From: Antedon mediterranea
Lineage: Eukaryota; Animalia; Echinodermata
Length of the DNA: 64,000 bases
Direction: 5' to 3'
Assembly: GCF_964355755.1 (NCBI RefSeq)
Contig: NC_092672.1
Span: forward strand, 27,968,437 to 28,032,436
The position numbers and the translations under genes were made by a program. The notes beneath the pieces were generated by a model. It saw nothing but the letters and a program-made list of their open reading frames with translations, did not search any database and was not told the origin of the DNA. This document shows positions 53,374-64,000 of this stretch, piece by piece. How positions within the stretch are numbered: the stretch's first letter is position 1; the number at the start of each line of letters is the position of its first letter.

Positions 53374-54333
53374 ATAAAGTTTGAAACTAAATAGCTATGT
53401 GTCATAGCGCTACTAAAGTATAAATACCGTACTGTAGTTTCTATTCCTGCTGTTAGAAAAAGCCGCAGACAGACGAATTGTTTAGCCATGACTTATAATT
53501 TATTAAAAGTACCTGCTTCACGTTCACGTGTTTATTTATCTTTTTTATAAACAAACCATTATAATGTTGCTTATCTTGTTTGCGGTATGATACATACAAA
53601 TTATCTCAAATTGATTACAAGTCGGAATAGGTATCCACAACACTAATAAATAATGTGTATTCCCCAGAATAGTATGTTTATGTTTTGTAATGAATGTTGT
53701 CTAATACCGTTAATTCACGGCGTACATAAAGAAAAAATAAAGAACACAAACATGTTACTCGAATTAATACCTGTGAGTTGTTGCTATCATTACTTACATT
53801 AAAATTCAACTTTTTAGAAAGAAAAAATACAACACAAGAACTGATAAAATACAGTAAATTCACGTCAATCAATGAATTCTACAAATAGAAATGTTTGTAA
53901 TACAATATATAATATATCTCTATGCTTATTCGAGAAAATATATAAAGGTCCCGGGGAGTTTTTTTAGTGGGGTTTATTCGAGAAAAAGTGGGGTGAGTAA
54001 TCGGTAATCAAGTTATACATTTACTGTATGCATATTTTTTACGGTAGATAAACGACGATAACAATTTAATGATCAAATAATGATAATAAAGTAATGATAA
54101 TAAGTATTGGTTGGTACTGTAATTTGGTAATAATTACATAGAGGGCGGTAATTGCAAAAGAAAAACTGTCATTACCAAAACCAACTTCTAACTTCGTCGT
54201 CCTGTAGTATATTCATGCTAAATCCGAGCTCAATACTACAACGAAAGGGAGGAGTATTTACCGATTACACAAAATAAATATTTAAAAAAATAATAAAAAT
54301 AAGATATACTGTGTATAATTATCATATTGCGTA

Positions 54334-54739
54334 AAGGACGCCTTGAAACTTTCATCCGTCGGGCTGGTAAAATGATTGGTCTGGAACTGCCTTCCTTTAC
54401 CGATGTGCACCTAGAACACCTCCAGAAAGATTTCGAACGCATTGAGTCGGATGCCTCTCATCCTCTCCACAAAGTAATCATAGACCAACTTAATCCAAAT
54501 GGTAGATTGAGGCTCCTCAGTGTGAAAACAAATCGATTTGCTAAATCCTTTATTCCCTCCGGTATCATCTAGTACAACAGGAAGTCAAGAAGATAATTTT
54601 ATCTTGTAATTTTTTAGATGTTTTTATAAGAATGGTTTTATGCTATATTTGTTTTTATTGTGTGTTCTTTGTTATTATGATGAGCAATGAATTTCCTTTT
54701 TGAGGATCAATAAAAGTTATCTTATCTTATCTTATCTTA
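54334..54739 (+). mobile_element. 5'-truncated L2/Rex1-group LINE with (TCTTA)n tail inserted in the tRNA-bearing repeat
   Basis: KGRLETFIRRAGKMIG...IESDASHPLH...RLRLLSVKTNRFAKSFIPSGI; AATAAA + tail; interrupts TTGCGTA|TACAGTACTTTT seen intact in other units. Confidence 0.85.
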
Positions 54740-54772
54740 TACACTACTTTTCACCATAAAGTTAAAAAAAAA

Positions 54773-54848
54773 AGGTTTCGCCCGGGCTCGAACCAGGTAC
54801 CTTCTGCGTGTTTTTAAGTAAACGTGATAACCACTACGCCAACAAGCC
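54773..54848 (-). pseudogene. tRNA-Val-derived pseudogene, type A copy 1
   Basis: GGCTTGTTGGCGTAGTGGTTATCACGTTTACTTAAAAACACGCAGAAGGTACCTGGTTCGAGCCCGGGCGAAACC + T-run; 3-nt insertion in anticodon loop. Confidence 0.8.
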
Positions 54849-55000
54849 GCATATAACTACATAGCGCTGTGGTGTGTGTCACACATTGTGGCTTCCTAAT
54901 TAAACAAATTAATTAACAAACAAGCACGAATGTGCAATACTCGGGGTACAGCGAAAGAAGCTGTATACAGACGTATACAGTTAGAAAGTTAAAGAAAAAT

Positions 55001-55072
55001 AGGTTTCGCCAGGGCTCGAACCGGGACCTTCTGCGTGTTACGCAGACTTGACAACCACAACACTACGAAACC
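55001..55072 (-). pseudogene. tRNA-Val(AAC)-derived pseudogene, type B copy 1
   Basis: GGTTTCG/CGAAACC acceptor stem, TCTGC/GCAGA anticodon stem, AAC anticodon; D- and T-stem mismatches. Confidence 0.8.
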
Positions 55073-55281
55073 TCTTACATTAAAATTGTGGGTTACAGAA
55101 AGTTTTTTAATCCATTTAAATTACAAATAAATGGTAATAAGCACAAAGCAAAATAAACATGTGTAAAAGTGATAATTACCGATTACACAAAATAAGTATT
55201 TTAAAAAATAATAATAAGATATACTGTGTATAATTATCATATTGCGTATACAGTACTTTTCACCATAAAGTTTAAAAAAAA

Positions 55282-55354
55282 AGGTTTAGCCCGGGCTCGA
55301 ACCAGGTACCTTCTGCGTATTGAGCAAACGTGATAACCACTACGCCAAGAAGCC
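55282..55354 (-). pseudogene. tRNA-Val-derived pseudogene, type A copy 2 (anticodon mutated to AAT)
   Basis: Val body, loop TCAATAC, acceptor mismatches, T-run terminator. Confidence 0.8.
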
Positions 55355-55515
55355 GCATATAACTACATAACGCTGTGGTGTGTGTCACACATTGTGGCTT
55401 CTTAATTAAACAAATTAATTAACAAAAAAGCACGAATGTGCAATACTCGGGGTACAGCGAAAGAAGCTGTATACAGACGTATACAGTTATTTCACCATAA
55501 AGTAAAAGAAACCCG

Positions 55516-55588
55516 AGGTTTCGCCAGGGCTCGAACCGGGACCTTCTGCGTGTTAAGCAGACTTGACAACCACTACACTACGAAAACC
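55516..55588 (-). pseudogene. tRNA-Val(AAC)-like gene/pseudogene, type B copy 2
   Basis: GGTTTTCGTAGTGTAGTGGTTGTCAAGTCTGCTTAACACGCAGAAGGTCCCGGTTCGAGCCCTGGCGAAACC; A and B boxes present, stem mismatches. Confidence 0.8.
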
Positions 55589-55801
55589 ACTTACACTAAA
55601 AATGTGGGTTACAGAAAGTTTTTTAATCCATTTAAATTACAAATAAATATGGTAATAAGCACAAAGAAAAATAAACATGTGTAAAAGTGATAATTACCGA
55701 TTACACAAAATAAGTATTTAAAAAAATAATAAAAATAAGATATACTGTGTATAATTATCATATTGCGTATAGAGTACTTTTCACCATAACGTTTAAAAAA
55801 A

Positions 55802-55874
55802 AGGTTTCGTCCGGGCTCGAACCAGGTACCTTCTGCGTGTTAAGCAAACGTGATAACCACTACGCCAAGAATCC
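55802..55874 (-). pseudogene. tRNA-Val(AAC)-like gene/pseudogene, type A copy 3
   Basis: TGGCGTAGTGG A box, GGTTCGAGCCC B box, TTAACAC loop, T-run; acceptor-stem mismatches. Confidence 0.8.
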
Positions 55875-56222
55875 GCATATAACCATATAACTACATAACG
55901 CTGTGGTGTGTGTCACACATTGTGGCTTCTTAATTAAACAAATTAATTAACAAAAAATTAAAAATCCGGCTCTATAGATTTGAGGACATGTCCCTGTAGT
56001 ATGTTCATGCCAAATCCCAGCTCAATACTACAACGAATAAGGGAGGAGTAGTACTTTAAAAATCGCACTTTTTACTCAATAGTGTCCAGATGGAGGAAGA
56101 AGAGGAGAAAATGAGTAAGTCCTAGACTCGGGTACCCCGAGTAAAAAGCACGAATGTGCAATACTCGGGGTACAGAGAAAGAAGCTGTATACAGACGTAT
56201 ACAGTTAAAGTTAAAGAAAAAT

Positions 56223-56294
56223 AGGTTTCGCCAGGGCTCTAACCGGGACCTTCTGCGTGTTAAGCAGATTTGACAATCACTACACTACGAAACC
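56223..56294 (-). pseudogene. tRNA-Val(AAC)-derived pseudogene, type B copy 3
   Basis: As other B copies but B box mutated (GGTTAGAG). Confidence 0.8.
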
Positions 56295-56509
56295 CACTTA
56301 CACTAAAAATGTGGGTTACAGAAAGTTTTTTAATCCATTTAAATTACAAATAAATATGGTAATAAGCACAAAGAAAAATAAACATGTGTAAAAGTGATAA
56401 GTACCGATTACACAAAATAAGTATTTAAAAAAATAATAAAAATAAGATATACTGTGTATAATTATCATATTGCGTATACAGTACTTTTCACCATAAAGTT
56501 TAAAAAAAA

Positions 56510-56582
56510 AGGTTTCGTCCGGGCTCGAACCAGGTACATTCTGCGTGTTAAGCAAACGTGATAACCACTACGCCAAGAAGCC
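56510..56582 (-). pseudogene. tRNA-Val(AAC)-like gene/pseudogene, type A copy 4
   Basis: A and B boxes intact, TTAACAC loop, T-run; acceptor-stem mismatches. Confidence 0.8.
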
Positions 56583-57559
56583 GCATATAACCATATAACT
56601 ACATAACGCTGTGGTGTGTGTCACACATTGTGGCTTCTTAATTAAACAAATTAATTAACAAAAAATTAAAAATCCGGCTCTATAGCTTTGAGGACATGTC
56701 CCTGTAGTATATTCATGCCAAATCCCAGCTCAATACTACAACTAATAATGGAGGAGTAGTACTTTAAAAATCGCACTTTTACTCAATAGTGTCCAGATGG
56801 AGGAGGAGAAAATGAGTAAGTCCTATACTCGGGTACCCCGAGTAAAAATAAACCGTTTACGTTACTGTAAAATAAAAATCGTCATATCTCCCTCTATAGT
56901 TTTAAAACAATCATATACATTTCCTTGTAGGCCTATTTATTTATTTGGAATTACACCTTTAGATCGGTGGCACACTTAGCACAAAGGTGCATCCTTCACA
57001 AATAACAATATAAGTATAACAATTAATGAATTACATACAGAAAAATATAAAGGCAAAAACAACTATCAACCCCTATCCTACCCCCCCCCCCCCCATTTTA
57101 AATCGATACAGACAATAGATCACTACTTTACACAAATGAATACAGAAATAGTAAAAGTGTATTTAATAAAATCAACTGATAAACACAGCTTATTACGAAC
57201 CCACCAACTCCCTCCCACACCCCTTTTCAATTTACTTAATGTAGCAATGTAGATAACATAGTTATTAAAACAAATGCCTCATAGTCGTGGTCCGTGAAAA
57301 TTCAGCTAACAATTGTCAGTTATTTATTCCACGCAATTAAACTTCTGCTCGTAGAGACAGTTGGCAAAGCAGGTCAGTTAGACCAAGATAAAATCGGTAC
57401 CAAAAGACTTATCTTTATTTAAATGACCTTTATACCTAGTAAGGATCAGTAGTGTCAATATTAGTTATGAATAGTTATGAATATTGTACATTTATGTGTT
57501 GCTGACAATCCCGTTAATTAGAAAGAAGTTTGTGTAGTACAGCATTACTGAACAGAATT

Positions 57560-59577
57560 ATGGCAACTGTCGATAAATCAAGCCGTGTTGAAATAGATAC
57601 AATTGCTGATGAGTTTCTTAAGATGGCTATGGATCAAGAAGTCTTGATATTGCTTGTATTCGAGTTTACCAGAAACTATGCGATATTGCTTTTAATCAAT
57701 TACTTATGGCACGCCAGGACGGACATAACTATGACAAGTTGACCTCGCGCGAACGATCAATTCTGGTGGGGAGATTTTACGAAGCTATGCCTCATAAAAT
57801 ATGTGGGGATGAAGATATCATGTTCAGCACCTCAATTAATCCAGTTGTATTGGCCATATGAACCAGCAAGGAAGTACCATAAAAGTGGTTATGTAATGGC
57901 TGAGCAGAATACAAATGATGAACCGGCTTTCTTTAAACTGAATGTAAACAGCAACTGGCCCTTGGATGAGTCAAGGAAAAATCATGTTAATAACAATGGT
58001 TATATGATGTCTGAAGCTTTCATAGAGGCATTTGTGTCCGCAAATCAAGATCAATTTATTAAACAAGGCCCTTCACTTGAATCACCTTCCACTACACAGG
58101 ACCTCGTGCTTTGTTTAAAATGCCAGTCTAATTCGTTGCATTCATCAGATTCTATCAAAAGAGAAAGACTAAATAACTGGCCAACAAATATCTGTTAGTT
58201 GCTGTTGGAAATCCAACTAGTAAATCAAAAGAAATTGAGTGGAGGTTATCGCTTTCCTTAGCGGAAAGAGAACTCTGTTTTTGCTAGATGCATGTGTGCC
58301 CTTAGGGCAATCAAATGTTCAAAGTAAATACACTTATTTAGTGTATCGGATCAACCAACACCATTCTGTTCTTACTTTATTAAGAGAGCATGCTTCTGGA
58401 TGTGTGAGACTTTTCTTCCTAAAGGTCATAGCACCATGGACTTAATCAGGGAGACACTTGATTGGTTGATAAAATGCAATCAACAAAGAGAACTTCCTCA
58501 TTACAGTACTTTATTCAGAAACAAAATTTAATTGGACATTTATCAAATAAAAGTTGTGAAGAAGTGAAAGCTTCATTGATTGAAGTTAAACCCGGCCTTT
58601 GGAGCAATGTGATGTCAAGTGTTGCTGTTGCAACTGCTGACTTTTTGAACGTTTATGTCGATAATCAAAACCTTTAATCTATGACACTTAACAGTCCTGG
58701 GTACTAGGCAAAACTGGAGTGTTCACTGCTGAGTAAAACAGACGACATTGAGATGATGAACAATGTTTTAATAAAGAATAAACATGATTTTATCCCCGAA
58801 AAATTACTTCTACGTTTAACTACATTGCATTTTACCGTATTTGATTCAATCATAAGAAAATACATATCTAGAGGAGTTGATGCATTGGAAATTCTTGAAC
58901 TTAAACTAGAAGATATGATTAATGTATCAGTCTTAGAAAGTGATGACAATATAGTACCAAGTGACTATCAAGAATGTTTTTAAGCATAGTTTGTATTGCT
59001 GTTTAGGAGACGCTTACATAGGATTATTGAAATATTTAAAAAGCACTGGGAGAAACGATCTAGATGACTACCTCAATAAGCCATTAGAATATTATGAGAA
59101 AGCATCAGAGTTTGTTCACCCTGATGGATGGAGTGATCAGGGTATAGGTACTCAGCAGATTGTGTGATTATTTATTACTATTTAATGAATGATAAGGAAA
59201 AACTGAAAGAGATGCTTTCCAAGTTTGAACCAGTTCTTAGCAAAGTCAAACGAGACAAAGATGCAATGGCGAAACCAAGAAACGTTATAATAGGTAATTC
59301 TAATGCAACACACGTAGACAATTATGCTTGGGAGAACATCGATAACTACCTACTTAGTCTTGTTAAAGGTTTAGAGACTTTAAACATTAATCCAATTGTT
59401 TTCATTTTGTATGTAAACGCAAAACTATCTCTTTTAAAAGAGGGAGACATGCAAGAAGTATACGACAAGAAATCGACTTTGGCTGTGATTCAATATGCAG
59501 ATCATGAGACAACACAAACATTGATTAAAACTATAGAACGCTTGTGTTACTATCGGTCGGTCCCAGATGGTCGCTAA
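57560..59577 (+). pseudogene. Mab-21/cGAS-like receptor (cGLR) nucleotidyltransferase pseudogene with helical C-terminal extension
   Basis: Across frameshifts/stops: ILVGRFYEAM..GDEDIMF (57760-57825), EPAFFKL, GYMMS, QGPS..QDLVLCLKC, RERLNNWP, LVAVGNPTS..EWRLSLSLAEREL (58237-58275), FWMCE, LDWLIKC..ELPHY/FIQKQNL; no introns evident. Confidence 0.88.
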
Positions 59578-60348
59578 TGATAAATAGGAACATAGGCCTA
59601 CAATATGCATTTTATTAGTGCATAATGTGTACGAAAAATTTAAATCAATGTTTAGTACAACATTTCATTCTGTTTGATGGCCCTAACATAATCACATTTT
59701 ATCCTGAACTTCTTGATATCTGTAGATATGAACGTACTGCCAAAGATATCGTATGTTAAAAGTAATCAATACAGTCTAGATGACTTGCGATAGTCTATCT
59801 AGTGACAGTTGCAAAATCGGGTGCGATGTGAGTTTCAACAAACTTGTGACCGTTCATATAATGCATGCACCGTGATGCATTTGTTAAAAATTAGCATGAG
59901 TATTGAGATGATAGCTATGGTACGCCAAATACAACAAGCAGCATTGATCAATTGAACGAATCTGTATGATTGTACAGAACTTACTAACACCACCACTTAC
60001 TTTAATCAATGGCACTCCAAAAGTGCATACCTCCGCCTACTGTAAAATCCCCATAAGATTTTGAATGTGAGTTTGGTGTAATGGTTACGGTATGTATGTA
60101 TTTATCCACTAAAATTTATTTATTTTAATATCCAGATGCGACTTCTTCTTCTCTTCTTAAACAGCTCTGCTTCATATTATGCCATGCCTAGCCTAGCCCG
60201 ACGGCGGATTAGGCCAACTAAAACTATCGAAGTTGTTCTGGATATCTGCATCTTTACAATTCTGACATATAACGCGTGTTCTCAATATTGTGAACGATAC
60301 AATTTGAGAGATCGAAGGAGGTGGCGTCGTAAGCATAAAGTAAAAATT

Positions 60349-62182
60349 TGATGGGTCTGAAGCATCACTGCATGCAACACTCGATACACTGGATACATAC
60401 GAGAGTATTTCCGGTTTAAGAATAAATGAAGAAAAAACAAAAGTTGTATGGATAGGTAGTAAGAGAGGTAGCAATGTAAGGTTAAAAACAAGAAAAAAGA
60501 TAAACTGGATAGGCAATGCCATATTTTCAATTTTAGGTATTGACTTTTCATTAGATGCAGTTCAAATGATTAATGTAAACTATGAAAGAGTGTTTTTAAC
60601 GATAGAGCGTATGATAAACCAATGGTCTAAAAGAAACTTGACAGTAATTGGTAAAATAACTATTATTAAATCACTCTTGTTACCAAAACTCATTCATATG
60701 ATCATGTCCTTACCGAACCCATCAAATGAATACGTAGTACGTCTTAATAATTTATTTTTTCGTTTTATTTGGCAAAACAAACCTGATAAAATAAACCGGC
60801 ATCAGATGAAAAGTGATTACTTACATGGTGGATTAAGAATGGTAGATTTGAACTTTTTTTTTATGTCATTAAAAATAACTTGGTTGCGTAGAATTTTCAA
60901 CAATAAATCCGAAGACAACCCAATATTTAAGCTATTTAAGTACATAACAAATTTGTCTAACTCTATGCAACTTGAAACGAATTGTAAACGTCTGTCCAGC
61001 ATTAGAGATAATGTTAAAATTCTCTTCTGGAAAGAGGTAATAGATGCATGGAGTAATTTTATTTCTATTCATTATCCAAAGTCTGTTGACGAGCTATTAC
61101 GAATGCAAATTTGGAATAATGAAGTAATAAGAATAGGCAACGAATGTATAAGATATGGAAATTGGGAAAAAGCAGGTATTTTGTTTGTTAATGATTTGTT
61201 TAACAGCAATGGGCAATTTATGAATAAAAAAGAAGTCGAAGATACCTATGGTATTAAGATAAATTATATAAAATTAATAGGATTAAAAAGGCTTCTTAGG
61301 GAAAAATTTAACAATTTAATGATATGTGAAATTAAAAAAACAGTTTTGCCAGATATTCCATTTCACATAAAAGTACTCTTTCAACAAAGAAAGGGATGTC
61401 GTATTTTTTATGATGTTTTAAATAACTCAATGTTTAAATCATGGAAAGCACAAAAGAAATGGGCAGAAAATAAATTTGTATTCAATAACGAACAATGGAA
61501 AACAATCTACCTAGCTCCACATACGTGTACAATGAATATTGCTTTAATATATTTTCAATATAAAATTGTAAATAGAATAATTGCAACAAATGAACAATTA
61601 TTTAAAATGAATATAAAAGAAACTTCAATGTGCTCATTTGGAGATGGTAAAATTGAAACCATTCAGCATTGTTCTGTAATTGTCCAATAGTAAAAAGGAT
61701 ATGGAACCTCCTCCAGGAAAAAATTTCAGAAAAAACTGGAGTGCAATTTATTTTTAGTAAAGAGAGCATAATTTTCGGATACCAAGATGCGCATCAGTTT
61801 TTTAATTTAAAAGCCATTAATGCAATTATTCTAATTGTAAAATCATTTATTTATAAATGTAAACTAGTTAAATGTAAGCCAACTATCAAAATGGTTATGA
61901 ACGAGTTAAAAAGGTTTTATGAAACAGAAAAATTTATTTATCATCAGAATTTTGAGGACAGTATTTTTAATAGAAAATGGATAAAATTAGAAGAATTTAT
62001 AAATCAAATATAAAATGGTTTATAGAGTAGAATAATTTTTATGAACCTTTATTTAATTTGTTAGATGGATATCTTTGTTGTTTTTATTTGTTGCTTTTTA
62101 TTTTAATTTTTTATTTGATTATGTTTTTCCTTTGTAATGTATTATATGATGAAATAAAAAAAAAAAAAAAAAAAAAAAAAAA
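60349..62182 (+). mobile_element. 5'-truncated Tx1/L1-clade non-LTR retrotransposon with poly(A) tail and TSD
   Basis: ORF open from 60350 (DGSEASL..SGLRINEEKT..WIG; WSKRNLTVIGKITIIKSLLLPK; GGLRMVDL; C-terminal CCHC-like knuckle split by one frameshift near 61668); AATAAA + ~27 A; ATAAAGTAAAAATT (60335-48) / ATGAAGTAAAAATT (62183-96). Confidence 0.93.
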
Positions 62183-63304
62183 ATGAAGTAAAAATTAAAG
62201 TTTAAAAAGTTAAAATTTAGGCTGGTGCACGTGCAAGTGGCCACACATCCAACCAATGGAGTATATGCCACAATGATGACGCCACTACAATATTGTGATT
62301 TTGATGAGTTTGGATTTTATTTACTGAGACAAACATTTCGGCGCGCGCGTTTAATAAATACTAATTAAGTTGTGCTATCATTATTATCTTTAACAATACA
62401 TCACGCTGTGTTATTATTTTACTTTTTTTAATAATTAATTAATTCCTGTAGTTAAAATGAATTAAATTGCAATATAACAGGAAAATAATTGCCACGTAAG
62501 ACCCTAAAATAAATTTGGTGCAGTACAAAAGGTGAGGAAAAATAAAATAATTAATTTTACATAAATATACAATAATAGATAATAACGCAGGCTGTTTGAA
62601 ATGGATAGATTATTTATTTATTCATACGATCTGAATTTGATTACATACAACAACAGTATGGAAAAACTTTCAAGCAAGCAATTTAAGAACAAGGCCATAT
62701 AGGCTACAGTCGCGTACTGAAATTCAGTCCAAAATACGCAGAATTTTTTCCAAAATACGTCAAGTTGAGGGCGCTATACTAATCCAAAATAAGTGAGTCT
62801 TTCCAAAATACGTCGACTTGAGGGCGCTAATCATTTTCCAAAATACGCGAATTGTCCAAAATACGCTATTTTGTAGCACCCCACCCATTTTTCTCCCCTC
62901 AGACTAGTAAAATTGTTATTTTATTATTTTATGGAATCAAAATAAATTTATTTTATATAAAATGTATATATTCAATACAAACAAAATTTATAATTAACTA
63001 TCAAATAAGACCATTTAAAAAAAAAAATCTGTGGTAAACTTATTGGTTAAAAAAGTGAAAACTAAGTCTAAAAAACATCTTGTGAACAGCACCCTTAACC
63101 TTCAATTTTTATTTTTTTTTAAACAGATACAATTTCCTAAACTTAACTGGTTATCATTTTTTTTTAATTTCCTTTTTTTACAGAAACTTTTTATGAAAAC
63201 TTAATATTTTTCTTGAGCTTATAAGATAGTACAGTAAGCTATGTAGAAAATATTATTACACTAAATTCATATTTTATTGGACAGATAATGTTAATAGCTA
63301 CTAC

Positions 63305-63716
63305 CAAAGAACTTATAACACAAGAATCTCCTGTTCGTCCGAAGCGCGTAACAATTTCGAAAGGCATTGTGGGATAGAATAGAGCTAATGGGTGGCGCCA
63401 TTGTGAGCCATGGAGTAGGGCACCCGCATCAAAAAGAAAGTCAAAATCATAGAGGGGATCTGCTAATACTCTAGGGGGGATAGAGTAATTGACTGAGGAG
63501 TAGGGCGCCCGCATCAAATTAGAAAGTCAAAATCATAGAGGGGATCTGCTAATACTCTAGGAGGGGTGGGGGATAGAGTAATTGACTTCCTAGAGGGGGC
63601 GCTGCTCCATGCTGTGAAATGGCGTCGCCCAGTTTGACCTTTTAAACCTGTACTTCCGATACTGTGTTTTGAATGCAAATTGAAGAACAGGAGAGTCTTT
63701 TGTTATAAGTTCTTTG
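63305..63716. mobile_element. P-superfamily-like MITE (CAAAG...CTTTG, 7-bp TSD) with internal ~85-bp duplication
   Basis: CTACTAC|CAAAGAACTTATAACACAAGAATCTCCTGTTC...GAACAGGAGAGTCTTTTGTTATAAGTTCTTTG|CTACTAC. Confidence 0.85.
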
Positions 63717-64000
63717 CTACTACCTACTAGATAGTGATTAAGTTCGCTTTTTAGGAATCCTGTCTCTGCCTTGTGTGATATTTTCTTGTTCTTTGTCCAC
63801 GTTTTTTTATATTGTATTTTATGGAGACAAAAATAAATGAAATGAAATAGCTATCCCTCGATATAATGTTTAATAAAATACATATAATATTTATTGAGTT
63901 ACGAACAATAATAGGTTTGTGATATGAAATAGCAGCCATTTTTAACTTCATCGTGGATTTGAGGATAACCGCAGAAAATTCGCAACGGCATACATCTGAA

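Larger units (their letters stand above)
54919..56845 (-). mobile_element. Head-to-tail array of Helentron-associated (HINE/DINE-1-like) elements, each carrying two tRNA-Val-like genes
   Basis: One end AACAAG + hairpin GCACGAATGTGC + TACTCGGGGTAC (54938, 55444, 56162); other end ACTCGG + GTACCCCGAGTA + AA (56132, 56833), the exact reverse complement. Confidence 0.75.

Noticed and set aside
54773-56582. Functional tRNA-Val gene cluster
   Set aside because: Every copy has acceptor, D- or T-stem mismatches or loop lesions; reported as pseudogenes, although transcription is not excluded

Overview
AT-rich animal genomic DNA. Spliceosomal introns, Deu-domain-like SINEs and the repeat content suggest an invertebrate deuterostome such as an echinoderm (inference). 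The minus strand carries the 5' part of a perlecan/HSPG2-like gene, which I reconstructed as 12 phase-compatible coding exons. These are a signal peptide (52735-52809), a ~32 kb first intron, an acidic Ser-Gly GAG-attachment exon, TWO SEA modules of three exons each, and LDL-receptor class A exons, one of which sits in a recent 2.39 kb tandem duplication. The gene runs off the left edge. Upstream and divergent lie a head-to-tail array of Helentron/DINE-1-like rolling-circle elements carrying degenerate tRNA-Val genes, a disabled intronless Mab-21/cGAS-like receptor gene, and a 5'-truncated Tx1/L1 retrotransposon. The introns are full of nested non-autonomous DNA transposons. The most striking pattern is a window-wide excess of TA-CAG-TA / TA-CTG-TA (and TA-GGCC-TA) words. 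Several are demonstrably 5-bp insertions relative to homologous copies or reading frames, as expected for Tc1/mariner excision footprints. One TA site is seen empty, occupied and footprinted in three copies of the same MITE. All calls were made by eye, without database searches.
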